A model generated the notes under the pieces. The model worked only from the letters and a program-made list of their open reading frames with translations. It was not told the origin of the DNA and ran no database searches. Position numbers and translations under genes: made by a program. Of a DNA stretch of 64,000 nucleotides, positions 53,816-62,600 are shown in pieces. Position 1 is the stretch's first letter, and each line of letters opens with the position of its first letter. The stretch comes from Candidatus Woesebacteria bacterium RBG_13_46_13 (GTDB taxonomy: Bacteria; Patescibacteriota; Microgenomatia; UBA8517): positions 242,638-306,637 of the forward strand of contig MGFR01000001.1 of the NCBI GenBank assembly GCA_001791995.1. The letters are read 5' to 3'.

Positions 53816-54939
53816 GAGAAACAGTAAAAAAAATTCTTCTTCTGGCCACAGTCTTTGCTCTCGTCTTCTTCGGTCTAAAAATTAGAAATGTCTTGGCCGA
53901 GGCCTGCGCAGACAAGACAAATCTCAACGACAGAATTAACTGCTACGAGGATGAGCTTTCCCGCCTTGGGGCGCAATCCAAAACTCTTTCTAACCAGATT
54001 GCCCAGTTCGATGCCCAGATAAAACTCACCACCCTTAAGATATCCCAGACAGAGGAAAAAATTTCTCTTCTGGGAGGAAGGATAGACCAGCTGGAAGGCT
54101 CTCTGGATGCTCTTTCGGCCGCATTTAGCTCAAGAGCGGTAGAAACCTACAAGATGGCCAGGGTCGGGGACCCGGTTTTACTTATCGTTTCGGCTCCGGA
54201 TTTGGGTGGAGCAATTTCGAGATTCCACTATTTGCAAAGAATCCAGGAGGCGGACAGGGATTTACTGCAAAAGCTTCAGACCGCCCAAGATACATATAAG
54301 GTAGAAAAGACCGACCAGGAGCAACTGCAGGATGAGCTTGAGAAACAGAAAGCCAACTTAGATGCGCAGAAGAAAGCAAAAAATGCACTTTTAGCCCAGA
54401 CCAAAAACGACGAAAAGAGATATCAGCAGCTTTTGAGTCAGGCCATTGCGGAGAAAGCAGCAGTTGAGCGGGCGCTGGTGTCCGGTGTCAAAGTTGGCCC
54501 GGTTAAAAGAGGCGATCCAATAGCTTTGGTAGGTAACTCCGGGTATCCGGGTTGCTCTACGGGAAAGCATTTACACTTTGAAATCCGAAAAAACAATACG
54601 TGGGTGGATCCGGGAGGCTATCTCTCCGGAAAAACCGTCATCGATGAACAAAACGGAGGAGGTAACGTCAGCTTGGGCTCGGGTAGCTGGCCTTGGCCAA
54701 TAGAAGATACGGTTCGCCTCACACAATTTTATGGGCATACTCCGTATTCTTGGAAGTATGCCTACTCGGGCGGGCTCCACACCGGATATGACATGGTTTC
54801 AACTTCAAGCGATGTAATAAGAGCTCCTGCGGACGGAACTCTCTTTAAGTCTGCACAATCCTGTGGCTCCAGTACAATAAACATCGCTTACATCGAGCAT
54901 GGGGATAATGTGGTTAGTCTTTATCTCCACGTCCAGTAA
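53812..54939 (+). CDS. EnvC-like coiled-coil M23 peptidase-domain protein (FtsEX-associated), with an additional C-terminal M23-like module
   Basis: Start at MRETVKK (ATG overlapping the ftsX stop, ATGA). TM/signal, coiled coil, M23-like GNSGYPGCSTGKHLHFEIR, and a second HxGxD...HxH-like segment (GLHTGYDM...LYLHVQ). Confidence 0.7.
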   Translation: MRETVKKILLLATVFALVFFGLKIRNVLAEACADKTNLNDRINCYEDELSRLGAQSKTLSNQIAQFDAQIKLTTLKISQTEEKISLLGGRIDQLEGSLDALSAAFSSRAVETYKMARVGDPVLLIVSAPDLGGAISRFHYLQRIQEADRDLLQKLQTAQDTYKVEKTDQEQLQDELEKQKANLDAQKKAKNALLAQTKNDEKRYQQLLSQAIAEKAAVERALVSGVKVGPVKRGDPIALVGNSGYPGCSTGKHLHFEIRKNNTWVDPGGYLSGKTVIDEQNGGGNVSLGSGSWPWPIEDTVRLTQFYGHTPYSWKYAYSGGLHTGYDMVSTSSDVIRAPADGTLFKSAQSCGSSTINIAYIEHGDNVVSLYLHVQ

Positions 54940-54942
54940 ATC

Positions 54943-55782
54943 ATGCCCAAAATCCTGTCGGCTGCAATAATATATATTGTTGCAGTTCTTCTTCTCTCGA
55001 CCTTCCCAATATCAGCAAAAGCGCAGGTGGTGATAAATGAGTTTAGTTCTGGAACCACTTCGGACTGGATAGAACTTTATAATGTTTCAACACAATCTGC
55101 CAATTTATCGACCTACATCCTTAAAGACTCGGGATCTAACGACAAAACTCTATCAGGGGATATTCCTCCTTCAGGTTTTGTGTCTTTCAATTTCAGCAAT
55201 TGGTTAAATAACGACGCGGATACGGTGCGGCTATTTAACGGCAGTGATTTGGTAAATTCTATTGCTTATGGAGGAGAAGGAAATGTTTGTAGTGCGGGGA
55301 GTGGTCAGTCAATAGGCAGATATCCTGACGGTAACAATACAGTGGAACGCTTTATTACTTCGACAAGAGATGCATCCAATAATAGTGTCACACTTGACCC
55401 CTGTCCTACTCCAACCCCGACTCCAACACCCACTCCCACGCCAACTGCTACTCCCACACCAACACCAACGCCGACACCAACCCCAACTCCAACTCCGACT
55501 AAAACTCCTACCCCAACTGCCAAGGCAACCGCAAAACCCACTGTTTCTGCAGATAAAGTGGATGAAGCCGAAGAAGTGGTTTTGGGATTAAGGAATGAGC
55601 TGGCGACGGAAACCCCCACACCGGCTTTGGTTGCATCCGAACAAAAGAAAAAATTCCCGATTGGCGCAGTAATTTTGATAATAGTGGGAACTGTGTTGGT
55701 GGCGGGATCCGGTTTTGTATTATTTAAGAAAATGAGGCAAGATATAAGTCAGAGCGGAGAAGATGTTAACCAAGATAATTAG
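54943..55782 (+). CDS. lamin-tail-domain (LTD) surface protein with PT-repeat linker and C-terminal TM anchor
   Basis: 279 aa with signal peptide. LTD pattern QVVINEF...DWIELYN...RLFNGSDLV, a (PT)n linker, and a C-terminal hydrophobic helix plus basic tail. Confidence 0.65.
   Translation: MPKILSAAIIYIVAVLLLSTFPISAKAQVVINEFSSGTTSDWIELYNVSTQSANLSTYILKDSGSNDKTLSGDIPPSGFVSFNFSNWLNNDADTVRLFNGSDLVNSIAYGGEGNVCSAGSGQSIGRYPDGNNTVERFITSTRDASNNSVTLDPCPTPTPTPTPTPTPTATPTPTPTPTPTPTPTPTKTPTPTAKATAKPTVSADKVDEAEEVVLGLRNELATETPTPALVASEQKKKFPIGAVILIIVGTVLVAGSGFVLFKKMRQDISQSGEDVNQDN
55405..55540 (+). repeat. imperfect hexanucleotide (CCNACN)n repeat encoding the Pro-Thr linker
   Basis: About 22 tandem ACNCCN units, visible directly in the DNA. 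Confidence 0.8.
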
Positions 55783-56176
55783 ATTTTGGGTTCCGGTAGT
55801 TGCTTGGGCTGTCCTTATTTTTACCTTCTCCTCGGAGGCGCTTCCGGCTACTTCCAGATTTTACTGGAAGGATTTTGTGGTAAAAAAAAGCGCCCACCTT
55901 ATCGAATATTCGGTTTTTGCCACCCTTATCTACCGGGCCTTTATCAATAGCGGAGTGGAGAAGAAGAAATCTGTTCTTTATGCTTTTCTTCTTGCGGTTT
56001 TTTACGGAGCGACCGATGAGTTCCATCAGTCTTTTACCCCAGGAAGGGAACCGACGCTAAGGGATTTATTTTTTGATACAATTGGGGCTGGTTTTGCGTC
56101 TTATTACATATGGAAGTTATTACCCAAAGCGCCGAAGAGACTAAAGATTTTGGCAGAAAAACTGCAGCTAACTTAA
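55763..56176 (+). CDS. VanZ-family membrane protein
   Basis: 137 aa. KSAHLIEYSVFATLIYRAF and FYGATDEFHQSFTPGREPTLRDLFFDTIGAG match VanZ-like (PF04892). Confidence 0.7.
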   Translation: MLTKIIRFWVPVVAWAVLIFTFSSEALPATSRFYWKDFVVKKSAHLIEYSVFATLIYRAFINSGVEKKKSVLYAFLLAVFYGATDEFHQSFTPGREPTLRDLFFDTIGAGFASYYIWKLLPKAPKRLKILAEKLQLT

Positions 56177-56529
56177 ATGGAGGGCAGACTCTTGCCTTAA
56201 CCGGCGATTTAGGCAGCGGGAAAACAACCTTTGTTCAAGGGTTTGCCGAAGGCCTTGGGCATATAGGCAGAATAATTTCTCCGACCTTCATCCTTATGCG
56301 CAAATACGACTTACCCGATGGTGATTTTTATCACGTTGACCTTTACCGCTTTGAAGACAATGTTGAGAAAGAGGTTGAGAATATCGGCTTGAGAGATATT
56401 TGGGGTAACAAAGATAATATTGTGGTTATCGAGTGGGCGGAGAAGATTAAAAACTTGCTTCCCGAAAATACGAAATGGCTAAAATTCGAGATGGTGGGGG
56501 AAAACGAAAGGAAAATAACAGTCGAATGA
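56110..56529 (+). CDS. tsaE: tRNA t6A37 biosynthesis ATPase TsaE (YjeE)
   Basis: 139 aa. P-loop GDLGSGKTTFVQG with conserved SPTF and DLYRF segments. The predicted start overlaps the VanZ gene by 67 nt, so the start is uncertain. Confidence 0.75.
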   Translation: MEVITQSAEETKDFGRKTAANLNGGQTLALTGDLGSGKTTFVQGFAEGLGHIGRIISPTFILMRKYDLPDGDFYHVDLYRFEDNVEKEVENIGLRDIWGNKDNIVVIEWAEKIKNLLPENTKWLKFEMVGENERKITVE

Positions 56530-57503
56530 GAATTTTGGTAACAGGCGGTGCCGGATATGTAGGAAGCCATATTGTTGAGGCGCTTGTCGCTGCAAAACAC
56601 AAAGTTGTAGTTTTTGACGATTTATCTATGGGTCATAGGCAAGCGGTACACCCGCGTGCAGAATTTTTCAAAGGAGACTTAAGGAAAAAGGCAGACGTTG
56701 CAAAAGTTTTTAAGAAGTACAAATTCGATGCTGTTTTTCATTTTGCGGCAAGAAGCCTGGTCGGACAGTCGATGCGTGATCCGATGCTTTACCTTGGGGA
56801 CAATGTCGTTTCCGCCGTAAACCTTTTCGAGGAGATGATCAAAAACGAGGTCGGCAAATTTATTCTTTCCTCAACGGCCAATCTTTTCGGCGACCCTACA
56901 AAAATTCCCATATCCGAAAAAGAAGCAATTACTCCGGGAAGCCCTTATGGGGAGAGCAAAAACATTATCGAAAGAGAACTTTTCTGGTTGGATAAAACTG
57001 TTGGTATGAAATACGCTTGTTTGCGCTATTTCAATGCTGCCGGCGCATCTTTGTCGGGGAGAATAGGAGAGGATCACAGAAGGGAAACTCATTTAATTCC
57101 TTGCCTAATCTCTGCTGCTTTGGAGAATAAGAAATTTATCGTTAACGGGAATGACTATAAAACCCCGGACGGAACCTGTATCAGAGATTATGTTCACGTC
57201 AGCGATTTGGCCAGGGCACACCTCTTGGCCCTGAAGGCGATTGGTTTAAAAAGCCGTATTTATAATCTCGGCAGCGGTAAGGGCTACTCCATTATTGAGG
57301 TGATAAGAACGGTTGAGACGGAAACTGGGAAAAAGATTAATTTTGGTTTTGGTCCCAGGAGAGCCGGTGACCCGGATAAATTAATTGCCTCCTCGGCAAG
57401 GATAAAAAGAGAATTGGGATGGAAGCCTAAATATTCTTTAACGGAAATTGTGGAAACCGCTTATAAGTGGCACTTAAGCCATCCGAAAGGATACGCAAAA
57501 TGA
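56526..57503 (+). CDS. galE: UDP-glucose 4-epimerase
   Basis: Start at MRILVTGGAGYVGSH (ATGA overlap with tsaE). Rossmann motif GxxGxxG and the YxxxK catalytic dyad (SPYGESK). 325 aa. Confidence 0.85.
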   Translation: MRILVTGGAGYVGSHIVEALVAAKHKVVVFDDLSMGHRQAVHPRAEFFKGDLRKKADVAKVFKKYKFDAVFHFAARSLVGQSMRDPMLYLGDNVVSAVNLFEEMIKNEVGKFILSSTANLFGDPTKIPISEKEAITPGSPYGESKNIIERELFWLDKTVGMKYACLRYFNAAGASLSGRIGEDHRRETHLIPCLISAALENKKFIVNGNDYKTPDGTCIRDYVHVSDLARAHLLALKAIGLKSRIYNLGSGKGYSIIEVIRTVETETGKKINFGFGPRRAGDPDKLIASSARIKRELGWKPKYSLTEIVETAYKWHLSHPKGYAK

Positions 57504-57805
57504 AACTTTATATCGATACCTCCAGCAGAGAAGAAATCGTTGTTGGTCTTGGTAGCAAGAGGTTTAAAACAAATGCCAAAGAAAATGCGTCGCAAAAGCT
57601 ACTCTCTTTTATAGACGAGATTCTAAAAAAAGAAGGCGTTTCGATTAATCAGATAACCGAGATCGAGGTAAATACCGGCCCGGGATCTTTTACCGGCTTA
57701 AGGGTTGGAGTTGCCATCGCCAACACTTTGGGTTGGGCCTTGGATATTCCGGTCAACGGCAAAAATCTTCGCAAGGGTGAAAAAGTGGACATAAAATACT
57801 CTTGA
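57500..57805 (+). CDS. TsaB-like N-terminal domain protein (short, about 101 aa)
   Basis: MKLYIDTSSREEIVVGL ... TGPGSFTGLRVGVAIANTLGWALDIP matches the N-terminal half of TsaB/YeaZ. A full-length TsaB is about 220 aa. ATGA overlap with galE. Confidence 0.5.
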   Translation: MKLYIDTSSREEIVVGLGSKRFKTNAKENASQKLLSFIDEILKKEGVSINQITEIEVNTGPGSFTGLRVGVAIANTLGWALDIPVNGKNLRKGEKVDIKYS

Positions 57806-57866
57806 GAATATAATCCGGGTGCTCGTTAATATAACTGCGGATACAGGCAAGAAAGGAGAAAGGGAG

Positions 57867-58115
57867 ATGAAAGGACGGCTGGTTCTTAAGGTCCGTCCCA
57901 AGAAGGGTGCGAGTATTACGTTTCTGTCTTCCGTCTTGGCGGGCAGCATACCGGCTGTAGTTGCCAAAACCGTGTCGGGTGGAAAGGCGACCTTTGAACC
58001 CGACAAGGACGGGAACTTCGAAGTCAGACTTCTTGACGAGACCTTTGAAGGTCAACTCAAGAGGCTTCTGGAAAGCACAAGCTTCGAAGTCCTGGAACTC
58101 CAGGAAGTCGCCTGA
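57867..58115 (+). CDS. hypothetical small protein
   Basis: 82 aa from the internal Met (MKGRLVLKV...). No recognisable domain. Confidence 0.3.
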   Translation: MKGRLVLKVRPKKGASITFLSSVLAGSIPAVVAKTVSGGKATFEPDKDGNFEVRLLDETFEGQLKRLLESTSFEVLELQEVA

Positions 58116-58199
58116 TGTTGCCTCGCCGCAGAGTTAGCCCTCCTTATTACTGCTTCTTGTCCCCAGGAGGGCTTTTCTCTTCTTATTTGCCATAGCAAT

Positions 58200-58997
58200 T
58201 TGAAATATGTATTATTATTTCTATACATGAGAAGGTTAGTTTTCTTAGGCTTCGCTTTCGCTTTCCTTTTTGGGTTATTTATGACCCCTGTTCTTTCGGC
58301 AAAACCGACTGATATCCCCGAAGAAGACGGGATTTATGACGAGCCAGGACATCCCGGAGTGAAAGTTAGGGTTTTTGTGCACAGGGAAAGACCTGCTAAG
58401 CCCAGTACACCACCCACCCTTGTTTGTGAACTCACCGACCCGAGTTCCCCCGCTATCGTTGGAAAAGAGGCCTGGAAACTGCCATCAACTTGGACTTATA
58501 ACCTAAATCCTTCCAGTGTTCCTGCCTCGGTCGGCTCCGGAAGTTTGCAAACAATTGCAGCAAACGGATTTAATGATTGGCAGAGCGCATCCGGGAATAA
58601 AGTCCATTTTGCCAGAGGCTCGGATACGACAGTCTCGAGACAAGCGTATGACGGCGTTAACGTAGTTACCTGGGGAAGAACTTCAGGAAGCGCCTTGGGG
58701 GTTACCTATATAAGGTATAACGGTACAACAGGTGAGGCTTTAGACGTGGATACTATTATGAATAGCAAGTTTACCTGGAGCTGGTCAAACTCCGTTAGTT
58801 GCGCCTACTCTTCAACCTATGATGCGGAAAATATTATGACCCACGAGCTGGGACACTGGCTGGGTTTGACCGATGAGTACGATGCAGCCAACTATCAAAA
58901 CGCGACAATGTACGGATATGGCGCCAAAGGAGAAGTGAAGAAAGTTACCTTAACCACTGGAGATAGCGCGGGCGCATTCGCTATCTATAATCCTTGA
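58200..58997 (+). CDS. secreted metzincin zinc metalloprotease (snapalysin/M7-like HExxHxxGxxD with Met-turn)
   Basis: 265 aa with signal peptide. HELGHWLGLTDEYD (compare snapalysin HETGHVLGLPD) and a downstream Met-turn-like ATMYGYG. Confidence 0.65.
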   Translation: MKYVLLFLYMRRLVFLGFAFAFLFGLFMTPVLSAKPTDIPEEDGIYDEPGHPGVKVRVFVHRERPAKPSTPPTLVCELTDPSSPAIVGKEAWKLPSTWTYNLNPSSVPASVGSGSLQTIAANGFNDWQSASGNKVHFARGSDTTVSRQAYDGVNVVTWGRTSGSALGVTYIRYNGTTGEALDVDTIMNSKFTWSWSNSVSCAYSSTYDAENIMTHELGHWLGLTDEYDAANYQNATMYGYGAKGEVKKVTLTTGDSAGAFAIYNP

Positions 58998-59590
58998 TGA
59001 CAAAACCCAAAATACTTCATTTTTTGGGAAACCTTTTAATCTTCATCGCTGCCGTAATTTTGGTTCTTACCTTTACTCCCGTATTTGAGCAGGAAGCCAA
59101 GTACCAGATCAAGCACACTTTCAATTCGCCTTACAAAGAAAAAGATTTAACCCCGCCCAATACGGATTTTGCCATCGTCATACCCAAAATAGGTGCGGTT
59201 GCACCGGTTATTGCCAACACCGACCCCTTGGACCCCAAAAAATACATGCCCGTTTTGTATAAAGGGGTTGCCCACGCCAAAGGAACGGCTTTCCCCGGAG
59301 AGTTTGGAAACACTTATATTTTCGCCCACTCGACGGACACTTTTTATAATGTGGGCCGCTATAACGCCGTTTTTTACCTGATTGGCAAGCTCGAGAAGGG
59401 GGACGAGATAGATATTTACTATAAGGGTGAGAAGATCGTCTATGAGGTAGTGGAAAAGAAGGTTGTTGGGGCTGATGCCGTAAAGTATCTGGGGAAGCTG
59501 GGAGAGTGGAACACCTTGACTCTGCAGACCTGCTACCCACCGGGGACAACCCTTAAAAGGCTGGTAGTTGTGGCCAATGAAAAAATATAG
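58994..59590 (+). CDS. sortase (TLxTC catalytic motif)
   Basis: 198 aa. N-terminal TM anchor, catalytic His region (YIFAHST) and the active-site TLQTC motif. Confidence 0.8.
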   Translation: MMTKPKILHFLGNLLIFIAAVILVLTFTPVFEQEAKYQIKHTFNSPYKEKDLTPPNTDFAIVIPKIGAVAPVIANTDPLDPKKYMPVLYKGVAHAKGTAFPGEFGNTYIFAHSTDTFYNVGRYNAVFYLIGKLEKGDEIDIYYKGEKIVYEVVEKKVVGADAVKYLGKLGEWNTLTLQTCYPPGTTLKRLVVVANEKI

Positions 59591-59647
59591 GCCCATAATT
59601 TGACAATTAAAGACAAAAAATGTATAAATCACTAACTGCCCCAATAA

Positions 59648-62600
59648 ATGAGCCAAAAACTGCTTAAACGCGTCTTTTCGGCCATAGCCGCATTTTCACT
59701 TCTGGTGAACTCTATTTCCGCGCCTCTTACGGTTTACGCACAGAACGCTGGAAATTCTCCATTAGCCGCCGATCCGCCCCATACGCCTAATCCATCCGGA
59801 AACCTTGACCAATGTAGCAATGGATCCTCAGTTTCTCCCACGAATCCTTGCACTTGGGTAAATGGAAACCTGAATAGCAATCAAGCACATTATGTAGAAG
59901 GACAATCGGTGCCATATAGACTTATCATGGAAGATTTGCCGGTCTCCTCGTCTATAACCCTGACGCTAGGATATGATATCAAACACAGTGATAAGCACGC
60001 TCTTGATTACTTAACCCACTTTAACCGATTAGAACCCCACAGCCCTTTTGGGCATACTGCTGAAACGATAGACCCAGCAAGTGGGATATCTGGACTATCT
60101 GCGACGGTGACAACCTATTCAATCCCGTCCCCGAGCTCGGTTGGTTCACCAGTGAGTGGGCAACCAACAACAAGTTTTGATGCGCTTCCAGCTGGGGAAA
60201 AATTGATGACTCTCTATGGTGGAACAATTAACGATATCGTTTACAACACTCAGGGGGACCTAACCGATTCACAAGCAGAGACAAGAATAGATATCATTTT
60301 TACCGCTGATAGCGCGACCGCTGTCTTAGCTTGGGGGGGTCATATTGCGAGTAGACTCGACTGGGGTTTTGATGGGTTAACCCCCAGATCGGCCAGCGGA
60401 ATTAGCGGTTCCCCTTATCACATGAGGCAGATAAGCTGGACTATAGGAAATCTGGGGAATCAAGACAGGTCTCTACAGGCAGGAGCAGTGATACCTCCTG
60501 GAAATTTGACTATCATTAAGCAGATAGAACCACCTGATTCTACTCTTTGGGATTTTTCTGTGACAGGCCCCAATAGCTATACAAACAGTATTCAGGACTT
60601 GGGGGATGGAGGTCAATCGGTATTGAGCGTGGCCCCAGGAACATACACCATAACCGAAACAACCAGTCAGGATTATTCCCCAAGTGTTACCTGCAACACG
60701 GGCGAAAGTGGCTCCGGAAGCGTCCAGGTTGATATTTCTTCGACAGAGAACGTGGTGTGCACTTTTGTAAACACCCTACAGCCGGCCCATTTGACGCTGG
60801 TTAAAACAATTACGATTGACAATGGAGGTGTAGCCACAGTAGCTGATTGGACTTTAAGCGCAAGTGGAACCACACCAATTTCAGGAACTTCTGGAAGCGG
60901 TGCAGTTACAAATGCAGCAGTATATTCGGGAACATACTCTCTCTCCGAGAGTGGGCCTTCAGGCTATACCCCGAGTGCCTGGAGTTGTATTAAAAACGCA
61001 GGGCAACCTATAGAAGGAAATTCGATAGTTCTCGCTCCGAACGATACGGCGGTTTGTACGATTAACAATGACGACATTTCTCCTTCGCTCACACTTGATA
61101 AGGTGTTGATCAAGGACAATGGAGGCAATGCACAGGAAAGCGACTGGACCCTAACCGCAACTGGTCCGACGCCTCTTTCTGGTCCTGGGGCGGCCGGCTC
61201 TGCAGATGTTGTAAGCGGATCAGGATTTTCAGCTGGGACTTATACTCTTTCCGAATCAGAAGGACCAGAGGGGTATTCTTCTAGCGCCTGGAGTTGTACA
61301 GGAACGGCTACCCAAAACGGAAACGAGATTACTCTAGCATTGGGTCAAACAGCCACCTGTACTGTTACAAATAATGATATTGCACCGACTCTTACCCTCG
61401 TCAAGACAGTATCGAACGACAATGGAGGAACAAAAGTCGTTTCCGATTTCCCGCTTTTTATAAACGGCGTTTCCGCCACAAGCGGGGTTGCCTACCCCTT
61501 AATGGCCAATACGCTCTATACGGCAACAGAAACACAGGATGAGGATTATCAAGCATTTCCTTGGGGTACGGACTGTGCACCAGATGGCACCATAACTCTC
61601 CAGCTTGGGGAGAATAAAACTTGCACAATTTTGAATGACGATATTGCTCCCACATTAACTTTGGTAAAGAGCGTTTTCAATGATTACGGGGGCAATAACC
61701 TCGTTTCCGATTTTTACCTCTATATCAACGATCTTTTGGTAACAAGCGGGGTACCAAATACCCTTAACGCAGGAAGTTATACAGCTAGCGAAGGCCCGTT
61801 GTCAGGCTATACTCCTTCAAGCTGGGGTGGCGATTGTAGTGCAGGCGGGGCAGTGACGCTTCTTCCGGGAGATAATAAAACCTGTACTATATCAAACAGC
61901 GATACCCCGGCGTCAATAACTTTGACTAAAGTTGTAATTAGTGACAATGGCGGAAACGCTGGAGTCAACGACTTTGGTTTAAGTATAGGTGGCGCCCCCG
62001 TCAGTTCTGGGACTACAAGGCAAGTAAATTCGAATACTCCGATTACCATAGACGAAATTGGCCTTACGGGCTACGGTTTCGTTTCGATAACAGGCGATGC
62101 GAAGTGTCCGGCACAGTTGGGTGGAACAGTAACCCTGAATGAAGGAGAAAGCGTAAGTTGTACCATAACGAACGATGATGAGGCGCCAACTATCACTTTG
62201 GTTAAAGATGTCATAAATGACAATGGAGGGTTAGCTGGAGAAAACGATTTTGGCCTAACAATAGGTGGAACAGGGGTAAATTCAAATCAAACCCTAACCG
62301 TTGTTGCAAACACCCCGTACGTCATTACCGAGGCCGGAAAGACGGGCTACGCGTTTGTGTCAATATCCGGCGCAGGCTGTCCGGCTGAGCTCGGGGGAAC
62401 AGTTACTCCTAACGAAGGGGAAGATATTGTTTGTACCATTACAAACGATGATGTTTCCCCGACCGTAACCTTAAATAAAATAGTCAGAGGGGGAGAGGCA
62501 GGAGTCAACGACTTTGGCTTAACGGTTGGAGGGCAGGGAGTCAATTCCGGCCAAACAGTAAATGTAACAGCCAACACCCCGATTGGATTAAACGAAGCAG

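Noticed and set aside
55405-55540. Short-period DNA repeat that could be mistaken for a CRISPR array or microsatellite
   Set aside because: Period is 6 nt, fully in-frame inside the LTD gene, and encodes a Pro-Thr linker. There are no spacers and no cas genes.
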